DNA from: Strigamia acuminata
Lineage: Eukaryota
DNA: 64,000 nucleotides
NCBI GenBank assembly: GCA_949358305.1
Contig: OX442314.1
Span: 11,036,001 to 11,100,000, forward strand
Direction of reading: 5' to 3'
Position 1 is the first letter of the stretch; each line of letters begins with the position of its first letter. Positions 47,701 through 60,600 of the stretch are shown in pieces. The notes under the pieces are model-generated. The model made no database searches, was not told the DNA's origin, and worked only from the letters and a program-made list of their open reading frames with translations. A program made the position numbers and the translations under genes.

Positions 47701-49067
47701 GAGAAATACAAAAATACCTTAGGAATCTATTTAAGGTATGCCGAGTTCATTGCCGTTGCCCGTTTGGCTCTACCTGCTATAGTTTTTGAGATATGGATGC
47801 GGACAGACAGACGGACAGAGCCGTTTCATTAGACTTTCTAAACATCAGGTTTAGAAGTCTAAAAATGATTGATTACCTGGCTGTAATTTGTGCCGTCATA
47901 TTCTGGAGCTGTGTATTCACATGAAGCAATATTTTTAGAACAAGTTGCATCCAATGTACGATTCTACAAGATTAAAATCACCACTTTAAATTTCGCTAAG
48001 TTTTTTTTTTAAATTGACAAACAATAGTTGAAAGTCCAAATTTGCTAATTTGAGCACCACTTTTTGAATCTATAAAAATATTTTCTGGTGTAAAGCTGTT
48101 AAGAATAATACCCTAATAAAAAAAATAAAAATTCGTAAGCGATTAATTACACTTTTTTATTCTATTTTTTACTAACCTCTGAATGCAGATAACAAAGACC
48201 TTTAATCATACCTCCAAAACAACGCCATATCAACTTTTCCTCTTCAAATAATCCCATATCAATGGCATTACGAAGTGTGCCGTTGTCACAAAATTCCATC
48301 TAAATGTAAAAAAAAATATTTAAACTACCGGGTAAATAAAATTTACAATATTTTCACTATACGTGTAAATAATTGATTTTCGTTAATTTGTGGCCTTCAG
48401 TATTCATTTTTTCAGCTTCATCGTTATCAGACACAGTTTCGCACCAATCGTTAAAATATCTGCCATTAATAAATAAAAATTATCTTGTTTATACATGAAG
48501 ATTTACCCGTACCTCACAACATATCCAGGATCCAGGCGAGATAAAAGCTTTATGTCTTCGGCAATTTGCTCATCATCACACTGGTCATTAAGTTGGTTCA
48601 AAAAAATCTTCTTTACAACATACAGTTTTCCATCCACTTTGTGAGTAACCTTTAACACTTGGCTAAAAGCACCTTCACTGAGCACTTCTTCTACTTTAAA
48701 ATTATCCTGAAATGTATATGGGCCCTTCCCAGGTGTCGTGACACGAGTTTCAACTGTTTAGTAAAAAAAAAAAACAAGGTACAATAACACAACTATAAAA
48801 ATTAATTAACACCAGAAGTTAATCAATCATTACGTTCTTCTTCAACAGTTGTATTATTCCAGCTCCCACTCATATTATCTGGTGTAGTTATTTTCTCCTT
48901 AGATTTGGGTAGCCTTGGAGTCTGTAAGTCAAATTTATTTTCATCTCATTAAAATTAAATTAAAAATTCATACATACAACCTTCATCTCCGGTAAGTTTC
49001 CAAAATCCTGATGGTCGTCACTGAAATCAATCATTTCTTCTTGACAAGTTTCAGTTTCACTTTGCAT
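44748..49067 (-). CDS. Tandem GCN2-like kinase gene, copy C (close inverted paralog of copy A)
   Basis: Start MQSETET; same exon set as A; D2 IIHGDLSAKNIFLD..IGDFG; carries the empty site of the LTR insertion. Confidence 0.8.
47514..47862 (-). mobile_element. Helentron-associated (HINE/DINE-1-like) non-autonomous element
   Basis: Subterminal IR ttagacttctaaacc, gtccgtctgtctgtccg microsatellite, terminal hairpin tgtaatgc..gcattaca; inserted in a T-run that is uninterrupted in copy A. Confidence 0.7.
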
Positions 49068-49851
49068 TACGACAACGGAAGAGGCGTCGATGGAACTAAC
49101 AAGTAAGTTTAATTCTTCCAGACGGTAATTGATTTAGGAGTACTAAATTACGACCGATTAGAGCTTGCTGTTTTTTCACAATCTGAATAGCTGACGCAAT
49201 AGACAAGTTGAGACAAGTCGAGATAACTATAAAACACTAGTCGTTGAGGACAGGGTACTCATCGACCAGGACTGACTAATGCTTTGACTTGATCTACTGT
49301 GAGTTCTTGAGTTTTTTTTTCTCTTTTGTTTTTGACAAGAGGGATAGCGCCCCCCTCACCTTGACATTTCTTTACTTGTTGGTTTGATTTGTTTCCCTCT
49401 GTTTCCATGTTTACATGCATGGAATATTTATGTATGTGAGCGCAGACTGTTACAAGCCTTAGTCATTCCATGGTGTGGAGCACGCTGTCGCCATCCGCTA
49501 CACGACTAACTCAGCCGTCTCACTTGTCAGTCGTCAGTCGTCTCGCCGTCTGGACTTGTGTCTGGACTTGTGTCAACTCGTGTATTGCTGCTAGCTTTCA
49601 GAAAGTACTTCTCAATTTTCGTTTTAGATTAATTGAACCGAGTTACATGGACGCCAACAGTTGCGAAGCAAGAAGTTCATGCGCCCGCATGCAACTTGGG
49701 TTGATGCCTCGGTTGATGCAGGTTGATGAGCCTCGTTAGCGTGCGTCCTCTTGTGGCCGTTAGGAGCATTTGTTCCATCCTCCACGGGCCCGCGAAAACT
49801 GCACGCGCTGCACCCTAGATTGGTGAGCCACTGGACCCCAACATTGTCATA

Positions 49852-52800
49852 ATGGAAAGTGAAACTGAGACTTCTCAAGATCGTGAAATGAATGATTTGA
49901 GTGAGGACCATGAGGATTCGGGAGAATTAAGGAAGATGAAGGTTGTCGGCAAGAATTTTGATGTTGATAATTTGATAATTTGATAATTTGAATTGTAGAC
50001 TCCAATTCCGGCCAAAGCTGAAGAAAAAATAACATTCGGTACGCCAGAAAGCATGATTGGTGAAGAACAGCATACCGGTACTGAGTATTAGCGGGAGAAA
50101 AGGAAAAACCCACGAGTATGACTCCGAATTTGATTTTGCCCAAACAACGATCTTATGATTAGATTAGATTCTCAGCCTGAAAATTTAAGGGCGTTTTGAT
50201 ACAATTTTGTTTTTAAATTTGTGTTATATTTCTGGGTTTATTGATTTACTCCTGGTGTTATCTGTTTTTTCAGTGTCGTGTTGTTGCCATGTTTTTTTTT
50301 TTAATAAACAGTTGCAACTCGTGAAATGACACAAGGAAAAGGCCCATACACATTTAGGGATAATTTTCAAGTAGAAGAAGTGCTTAGTAAAGGTGCTTTT
50401 AGTGAAGTGTTAAAGGTAAGGCATAAAGTGGATGGAAAATTGTACGCTGTAAAGAAGACTGTTTTGAACAAACGTAATGAAGAGCGTCGTAATGAGCAAA
50501 ATACCGAAAACATTAAATTAGTTTCCCGCCTGGATGCTACATACGTTGTGAGGTAAATTACTAAAGTTAATTAAACATGAAAATTTGTAAATTTCAAAAT
50601 TTGTATTTATCGATGGCAGATATTTTAATTATTGGACTGAATCTACGTTTTATTATGACGAAGCTGAAATTATGAATACAGAAGGCCCCAAATTAACTCA
50701 ATTCAAGTATTTACAGGTAATAGAAATAGTTCACATTTTATTTAGTTTAAATATTTTAAATATTTAGATGGAATTTTGCGAGAACGGCACCCTTCGAAAT
50801 GCCATTGATTTTGGATTATTTGAAGATGAGAGTTTGATATGGCATTATTTCAGACAAATGGCTTACGGCCTCTGTTATTTGCATTCAGAGGTTAGTTAAT
50901 AAATTTTTTAAAAAAGGTGTAACTAATTGCTCACGATTTGTTATTTAATAGGGTATTATTCTGAACGACTTTTCACCAGAAAATATTTTAATAGATTCGA
51001 AGAATCGTGCCAAAATCAGCCATTTTGGACTTTCTACTAGTGTTAGTCACGCTATTTATTTATTAAATGCATTTACCGGTCGGAAAAATCCTTTTTTTAT
51101 GATAAATAAATTTATTTTGAGCTGAAAAATGCATTTTTTATGAGAAATAAATTCATTTTGAGCTGAAAAATGCATTTTTTATGAGAAATAAATTTATTTT
51201 GAGCAGAAAAATTGAATTTTTATGCAAAACGATGCATTTTCCTATGAAATAATGTATTTCTAACCCTGAATTTTATTTTCGGGATTTTAAAGTTTGATTT
51301 TAATCTTGTAGAGCCATACAGCGGATACAACTTGTTCCGAAAACCTCGCTTCGCACTCCGATACATTTGTCGTGTACGCAGCTCCAGAATATAGCGTCAC
51401 AAATAGAAATTACAGTCAGGTAATTAATAATTTTTCTCTATTAGATCTGCCATTAATTATTTTAAATCTGAAAATTTAGAAAGGTAATGTTTTCAGTGCC
51501 GGAAGAATGTTTTTAGAGATGTGGCTTCCGCCATTAACACTGGACGCACGATATAAAATTCTGTGTTGCTGTAGCGAAACAAAGAGGTTCCCAGTATTGG
51601 GTTATGACATTGTGAAGTCTGCATCTTATCCAGCAATTATCGCGCATTGGTTGCTAACCCGCTGTGCTGAGAAGAGACCAACTGCGAGTGATTTGGCGCA
51701 CGTCCTTGGTTTGAATTTGAAGCAACCGCCGCTAGAAAACGTTTTCGAGGATCAACTGATAAAAGAAAATAAAAATAACGATTCAAATCTTGATATGTTA
51801 TGGTTGGAAGATTCGGTGCAACGAATAATAGTGCGAAGTGTTTTATCATTGCGAGAAGTGCAGAGTGATGGAGAGCGAGAGAAAGCTGAAGAGAGATTCT
51901 ACAGTCCCGTGGAGACGGTAAACGGACAAACAAACGCGAAAGATGTAATTGATCTATGGGTGATAGACAAAGTGAAGAATGGAAGAGTATTTCCTTTTGA
52001 GGGGATTCGTTTACCCCAATTTAAAGCAATGTGGAATGTAAACAAAGAGCGATTGTCCAAACCGGATGATGGGTAATTGACAATAATTTTATTATTTAAG
52101 AAAATCGTGACTAAAATTATTAATTGCAGATTTAAATCTGGGATTATTTCAACAACTGCAGTGTCCGACTCCGAAAGCGATGGAAACAACGAAAATTTAG
52201 AGGTGAGGTTTCGCAAATATTGTTTTCGCATTGTTAAAATTTAGTTTTTGTTTTCTTTTGTTTGGTTTCAGAAGAAAGAGCGTGTATTGATTTCCCTTCA
52301 ATATACGCTTGATTACGGATCAATGAAGGATAATTATCGCGTTTGGCTGTTGGTTATAGAAATAATTAAAGTCCTCGCTCACATACGCGAACACGTGAGT
52401 TAATAAAAAGTGAAAAGTTAATTGGATACAACTTGTAAATAGTCGGTTTTTAGGGTGCAATTTATGGGGGATTGGACCCAGAGAGGAATTTCTTCGATTC
52501 GAATGATGATTATGTTAAAATAGAAGATTTTGATGAGAAAACGAATCCTGAAAGATTTTTCAGTGCCGACGATGAAACTAGACACTTTCCGAAAAAAAAT
52601 GATTTTTGCAGTGCAGATTTCTACAGCTATTTGGAATTGTTTTCGGAATCAACAGTTGAAAAGAAAAAAGCACTTCTACCGGCCACTTGTCGTATGTTTA
52701 CTGCGAATGAAGGGGCTTCTGCGAGCAGAGAGCAAATGGTGAATAGGGCTGATCCATGCAGCGATTCTCGATTTTAAACTGAATTTGAAGAAAAGACTCC

Positions 52801-53966
52801 GATTGGTAGAGGGAACTTTGGTGCAGTGTTTAAAGTCCGTAGAAAAGCAGATGGAGAATTGTACGCTGTGAAGGAATTAACTTTGGAGCAGAAAGAAAAT
52901 ATTGAAGAAGTAAAGCTTTTATCTGAATTGGAACATAAAAATGTGGTGAGGTAAATGGCTTAGGTTTAATTTTAAAGAAAATTTACAAAAGAACAATATA
53001 TTGTTCATCGATTGCAGGTATTATGACGCTTGGATTGAAGAAAAAGGCTGTGCATCAGTGTTGTATATACAGGTAGAAGAGAAAAGTAATTTTAATGTGC
53101 AGGTTTATTTAGTTTAATTCGTTTGTAGATGGAATTGTGTGAAAACGGTTCGCTTCTTGATGAAATTAGAACGGGATTATTGTGGGCTGATACACCTCGT
53201 GTGTGGCGTTTGTTTAAGGGCTCGGTTAAAGGCGTTGCTTATCTACATGAGAAAGTAAGTGAACAAAAAATTTGAAATTAGCTGTGGACTAATTTGTTTA
53301 AAACTGTAGAAAATAATTCATGGAGACCTGTCAGCTAAAAATATATTTTTGGATTCGAGAGATAATGCGAAAATCGGAGATTTTGGTTTTTCGAAATTTA
53401 TTAAGGTTTGGATGATCGATTTTGTATATTTATTTATTTATTTGGTGATTTTAAATTGTACAGAGGCCTGAATTGGATACAATTGAAACTGTTGGGATAC
53501 CTTCTAGTGCTGATTCGAGTGTAAGCAGCACGAGTTACAGACATCAGGTAATAAATACTCCGTAATTTTTTATTTTTTATTTATCTTGGATTTATCATGT
53601 TTTTTAATTTAGGATTACGATGTCGAAAAATTGGGAAGAATTCTTTTAGAAATGTGCTGCCCACCAGACGAATGTGTCATCATCAATGGTGTCACCAAAT
53701 CTGGCAATGAAATTTACGAAGAATTTTCACCTTCGCATCGCCCTATGGGTGATAAAGAAATTATTTTCCCACCAAATATGGATGAAGAGTTTGCACCACT
53801 CCTCCGTATCTTGTTAAATCACAATAATAAACTAGCAATCAGCTCAATGTTATTATTGACATGTTTTTATTTGTTTGAGTTTGTTGAATTGATGAAAAAG
53901 TCCGAATTGGAACAAGGGCATGGCAGTAGCACACTGAATATCTGTTTGTCAGGGCCGGCTCAATAG
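49852..53966 (+). pseudogene. Tandem GCN2-like kinase gene, copy D, with a premature stop at 52775-52777 just before domain 2
   Basis: tct cga ttt TAA act gaa versus CAA in A and C; the other exons resemble the paralogs. Confidence 0.75.
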
Positions 53967-55446
53967 GCAGAGGCACACGAGGCTTAGGGCAGCAAGATGT
54001 GTGGGGAAATTTTTCTTATCTTTTTTTTTCTGCTCTTGAAGTTTTGGCGCAAACGAGGATGTAATAATGTAAATATGTAAAAAAAAAAAATTAAAAAGCT
54101 CATTTTATTTTATATACAGGATGTCTAAAATGTATGCACATTCTGAATTAAATAAAAAATATATTAATTGCTAGTTGTGATTGATAGCTACAGGAAAAAA
54201 TGTACCGCAGCCGGGACGAAACACTTTTGTGGATTTTTTAAGCAGTACCCCGAACCGCTATGCAGTATTTATAAATTTAAAAATACACATAAATAACTAA
54301 ATTTTACACTTGCTTACTTTCCTACTGCTGTAAAGGTTTTTCCGGGGCTAATTTGAAGCCCGGCGTTTATTCGGCCCTAGCGCATAAAATTGTTATTTTC
54401 CATAAAAATCACTTTTTTTGAAAAAATCTGTGATTTTTGTGGATCCGGAGCTTAATTCGGGCCGGCTCCAATTCCTTAAACCACCGCTGACCGCCCGACG
54501 TTTAACGGGTCCCGGCGCCTGTTTGAACCCGGCGTTAAATCGAGGCAGTACGGAGTTTAAACTAATTTCATACACTATTTACAGAATTTTCATTTTTTGA
54601 ATGTTTTTAACACGTTTTCATCACCTTTTTACGGCGTTAGGTTAGGTTAAATGAGATAAAGGTAGTTGTACATCCACGTTCATCATTATGTTGGTTCAAA
54701 ACATATACAACATATACAATTTTCCATTCATTTTGTGATTAAAGTTTAACAGTTGACATAAAAGCACCTTTACTACGCACTTTCTTCCGTTCCAATCTTT
54801 TTTTAACGTTATCACCAGGTCCAAGGATCACTATGTTTTTTATCGCCCCTGCAAGCGTCCAATCTTGGCAGCAATTACTCTTTAAAACTCTCCTTTTCCA
54901 TCATAGAACCAGATTTTGTTAATTTCACTTTTAGTACGTTCCCAGCCTCTTGGCATTGCTTTAACATCGATGTTGTGGTGATTGATTTAAGCAGAACTGA
55001 AATTTGAGCCGTTTGATGTAATCTAGCTTTAATCTGTGCAAATTAGTTTGTGAGTTTAAATTTTGACCAGGATCACTCTTATTGAGGTTGTGAATGGAAA
55101 TATTTGTTTTGTTTAGAAAATCTAGTAACGAATTCAAATGTGATGTGTATTATTATTAGTGTGCAATGCAATGAAGCATCGCTGGCTGAGCTTTTATTGC
55201 GTGTGTTGCAGTGAAGCGAGTGGGGTCAGCAAGTGTTGAAGAAAGGTTTTCAATGCCACAATTGCCTTTGAATCACTAAATGTGAATACCGGTGTATTTT
55301 AATGACCGTTGTACATGCAAAAATAAGTGTTCTGATTAACTTTGGTAAAACTTGTCATATTAACTTCTTTAATGAAGACATGGTTCAAATTCTTGAGTAC
55401 ATAAAAAAATGGATGATTGCTTAAGTAATACAAATAGGTTTCAGTT

Positions 55447-56690
55447 TCAACTCAGCGGAATCTGGATTGAGAATCCAACCGCATTAATCTCCGACAGAAT
55501 ATTTTCCACAAACAGTATATTTTGTTCTGCCTTCTTATCCTTGCCCGTGTTTTCTTTAGGCCGAAATATTTCGACAAAATAAAGGCCCACTAATAACAAC
55601 TTTGGACAGATTCTTAGTTTTAACAAGTTACGGAGGAGTGGTTTAAACTCTTCACCCATATTTGGTGGGAAAATAATTTTTTCATCATCCGTGGGGCGGT
55701 TTGATGGTGAAAATTCGTCGTAACTTCCATTGCCACTTATCACGATGACAATATCACCTGGAGGGAGGCACATTTCTGAAAGGATACATCCCAATTTGTC
55801 GACATCGTGATGCTAAATTAAAAAACAAATAAATGATAAATCATAGATAAATACAAAATACAAAATTACTGATTACCTGATAGCTGCTGATATCCGAATC
55901 TACATCTGCAATTAAAAAATAAATATTTTTTAAAACTTCGAAGTGAAACCAGCTTTTTATTTAGGTAATATTTTTCAAATATGACCCATTTCACCACTGT
56001 AAATTCAAGATTTTGTCCTCATTTTTAGCAACAAAATGCTTATTAATTTAATTTTTTTTACTTTCTTTCGCTTTGTGTGTCCCAGTTAAGGTGAGCGCAA
56101 ACCGAGTTAACAATAACAAGCCCAACGAATGATTCTCCTCCGTAAAAACGTGTAGCGGAGGTACGAAGTGGACACACGGACACGAGGTTCCTAGATATTA
56201 AGGTTAGTCTTGTCAATTACCCACGGTCCGCTTTGTTTTTAATCCATATTTCTTTGTATTGGGGTAAACGAATAGCATCAAATGGAAACATTCTTCCATT
56301 CTTCGTTTTGTTTGTAACCCACAGCCACCGTAATTATGCTCTAAGTAGACCTTTCGATCGTTTATTGCCTCTGCGTGACTGAAGTATCTCTGCTCTAGCT
56401 CCCTCTCGCTGATTGTCTGCACTTCTTCCGGTGGCAAAACCGCTCGCAAAACCGTTCGCACTATTTTTCGTTGCAACAAATCTTCAAACCAATACTTATA
56501 AACTTCTGTTGCAGATTGAAAAGAGCAAAAGGAAACTTTTTCGAACGGGGGTTCTATCAAATTCAAATCTAGGACGCTTTTCAATGCACTTGCAGTTGGT
56601 CCGATAACATAAGGGGCTAGCAACCAACCCGCAATAATTGCTGGAAAGGGTGCATACTTCACAAAATTATACTTCACAAAAGGCTTCGTT
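55447..56690 (-). pseudogene. Truncated kinase-family fragment (copy F)
   Basis: Only the C-lobe exon of D1 (frameshifted near 56300) and the last exon of D2 remain; a fused mini-exon at approx. 55879-55906 marks an internal deletion. Confidence 0.75.
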
Positions 56691-56694
56691 TTGC

Positions 56695-57082
56695 ACTTCA
56701 AATTTAAAACACTTGATTAATACACTTCAAACTCAAAACTCTTTATCAATACACTTCAAATTTACAATACTTTAGAAAAACACTTTAGAAAAATACTTTA
56801 AATTCAAAAACACTTTAGAAAAACACTTTAAAAAATTACTCTAAATTCAAATACACTTTAGAAAAACACACTAAAAAATTACTCTAAATTCAAAAACACT
56901 TTAGAAAAACACTCTAACACATTCCCATGTTAGTCAATGGGAATGACGTCACGTACAAACACAAAACGAGTTTTAGAGGCGTTTTAGAGTTTTTGAATGC
57001 ACCTACTTTAAAAAATTACTCTAAATTCAAATACACTTTAGAAAAACACTCTAAATTCAAAAACACTTCAGAAAAATACTTT
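56695..57082. repeat. AT-rich degenerate tandem repeat (aaacactttagaaa / tctaaattcaaa) replacing the 5' part of copy F
   Basis: Directly visible. Confidence 0.75.
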
Positions 57083-57671
57083 ACATGAGACATTCAATTG
57101 AATGAATTTAAAATAATGCTTGAAATATCTTAATTAAAATACTTTCAACATGAAAGTAATACAAAAAAAATTGAAAATGATTGCATGAACAGTTTAAAAA
57201 ATTCACTTAAATTCAATAATCCTGCAACAATCCTGCAGGAAATTATTTTTAACATTGAGCTTCGGTTCGTGCAATAAGTCCTGCAGATACCGGTTTGCAC
57301 ATACTTTCAAATTGTCAATTTTAGAGGTAAAATTAGATCAGCAATATAATAAAAACGATTTCAGAAAACATCGTGACTGACATGATCGAACAAACGATAA
57401 ATCAACATACTGTACACCGTTTGACGCTGTAACAGTATTCGAGCAGATATCGATGGATGATTTTTAACTTTACCGTACGAGATAGCAACCCGAATTTGGA
57501 ATGAAAAATTTAAAATACTTAATGAAAAATTGCCCCTCTGAAGGTAAAAGTCTAAAAATAGATGTTTGCTTAAGTATTACGAAGATTCCAGTTTAAACTC
57601 TGAGAAATCTGGATTGGGAATCCAACGGCGATAATATATTTTCCAGAATACAAACTGAAACAGTCAATGGG

Positions 57672-60600
57672 CTACTGTCGAAACTGTGGCATTTCTTCCA
57701 TCGGACTATGAAGGCATATTAAAAACACTGTTAGAGTGTCTGGTAGTTTATCAGAACGGTGATTTAACAAGAGTTGGATAAGTGGTTTAAATTCTTCATC
57801 TACACCTGAAAAGGTTTCTTGATCATCCGTGGAGAGACGTATGTCTGGCGAGCGACACATTGCTAAGAGAACTGTTCCCAAATTTTTTACATCATAATCC
57901 TAAATTTAAAAAAATAAATAACACATCAAAGATAACAGAAAATAAAAATTATTGATTACCTGAAATTTGTAAACAGAAGCAGTGCTACTTACTTCTACAA
58001 TTTTCATTGTACCCGATGCATTAGACCCCTACATAATTTCAATATTCAATAGTGATACTTTAAAATCATCAAATACATCTCAAAGAAATAGTGTACGCTC
58101 TGTAGCCCGGACATAGGACGGGTCCCAGAAAGTTGTCTGGACTAGGGGCTGTCCGGATGGGAGGGGGTATTTAATACTGCTGGGTATAGGTTGGGACCAT
58201 TTCAGGACCTCCAAACTGCCCAGACCACACAACTGTCCGGTCGGTGCTATGTCCGGACTACAGGCCTACACTGTGTATAAAATGTAGCTTCCAAACCTTA
58301 AATTTTGATAAACCAAAATCTCCGATTTTCGCATTATCTTCTGAATCTAAAAATATGTTTTTAGTTGACAGGTCTCCATGAATTATTTTCTATAAGTTTA
58401 AACATATTAGTCATCAGCTAATTTCATATTTTTTCTTCATTTACTTTAAGATATAGGTACATAATGCCTATAACTGAATCCCTAAACAAACGCCACACAC
58501 GAGGTTTATCTTCCCACAACGATCCCTTTTCAATTTCATCTTGAAGGGAACCGTTTTCACACAATTCCATCTATAAATAAATTAAACTAAATAATCCTGC
58601 ACTTTAAAATTACTTTTCCCCTATACCTGTATATACAATGTTTTTCCTTCACTCCAACTATCATAATACCTGCGATCAATAAACAAACTATATGGTATAC
58701 ACTTTTACAAAATTAAGTCTAAAAGCCATTTACCTCACAATATGTTCTTCTTGCAATTCAGATAATATCTTTACCTCTTCAATTTTTTTTTTATCACACG
58801 AAAGTATTTCCTTTACAGCATATAATTGTCCATCTTTTGTACTGCGTGCCTTGTATACCGTGCCAAAGTTACCTTCCCCAATTAGTGTTTGTTCGGGAAA
58901 TTCAGTTTTGAATCTAGATTCTGCTCCATCCGCCTTTTGCTGTCTGCTTGTCGAAGCCACACATACTTCGTGTTCTTTTTTTAGTTCTTTCTTGTTTTCA
59001 GGATTAGTTCTCTTAAAAAAGTTTGTTGCTTTTTCATAGTTGTGAAAATCGAAGGTCAATTTTGCTATGTCCAAAGTCTCCCCTATTTTAAATTTCTAAA
59101 AGCTGACATTTTAAAACTTGTATCCAAATAATTTTAAATTTTTATTAACTTACGTGCTCGCGTATGTGGGCGATGAAATCCTCTAATTCAAAAATTTCAC
59201 TCCCTTTCATCTAAAATTAAACAACACACATTTAAAGCTAAACTTCACAATACAAAAACAATATTTCACAGTATGTAAAACTTCACCTCAAATTTTTTGT
59301 TGTCTTCATTGCTTTCAGTTTCAATTGCAGATGTAGATCTGCAATTAATAAGCAAGTTATTTAAAATCGGTCGCGTCGTAAAAACGTCTATTGGAAGTAC
59401 GGAATTACATTCCGACACAATTTTCTAAAAAAAATTAAACAATTACCCACGATCCAGTTTGGAGAAACTCTGTCTGTTTTTATTCCACATTTCTTTGTAT
59501 GTAGATAAGCGAATACCGTCAAAAGGGTATACTTTTTTATTCTCCTCTTTGTCTTTCAACCATAGGTCAATTACTTCTTCGAGTCTGGGATTGGGTCCTA
59601 AGTTGTATTCCACGGGTCTTAAAAATCTCTCCTCAGCTTTCTTTTGCTCTTCATCACTCGTTCTCTGGAATTCTTGCAAAACCTTTTGCACTACTACTCG
59701 TTGCAATGCGTCTTCAATACATAACATATACATATTTAATTTAACAAATTTCTTTGCGTTTTCTAATGGCTGGTGACCTAAATTCAAATCAATGATCTCT
59801 GCCAAATTACACGCAGTTGGTCTCTTTTCAACATCAGGAGTGAGCATCCAATACGCAATAATTGCTGGGTAAAATCCATTTTTAATCTTATCATAATCAA
59901 AAAACTTCTTTGGCGTTTCTTGGCAGCTCAAAATGATAAATCGTATGTCCTCTGTTAGTGGCGGAAGCCACATTTCCAAAAGCATTCTTCCGGCACTGAA
60001 GACATTGCTTTTCTAAATTAAAAATTTAAAAATAATTAATAGCAAATCTAACAGAAAAATAATTGATTACCTGTCCGTATTTTGAGCTGCAAAATTCTGG
60101 AGCTGCATATACAAACTCACTTGGCTCGGAGTGCAAAATGTACTCAGACCAACTTGTACCCCCTAATATATACTTCTGCAAAATTAAAATTACACTTTAA
60201 ATTCCGCAAATAGTTTTAAACAAATTCAGGGCTGGATTAAGGAAGCGGGGAGAGAGCGATTGCTGATCCTAAAGCTAAAGAAGTTGGGGATTGTTTTAGA
60301 CCTGGATTTCTTTCAACCAGAAACATTTAGGCTTTTGGAAAAGCAGGACTTCTTTACGAATAAGATTTCAGACGACCTGTGTTATAACTTATAATACAGA
60401 TCCGAGTACTCAAGAAATTTTTTTTAATTTCCCCGCGCTTTATTAGAGACCCGCTGTCTAATGGAAGGCCCAGCACAATATGTACCACCTGATGTTGATG
60501 TTACTGTGAATTAATTTTTCAAAGTGCATTACAGATGAGGCTGCTGGAGCACTATCTTTAAAGGTGGGTTCACACTTGGAAGTAACGTAAAGTAAGGATT

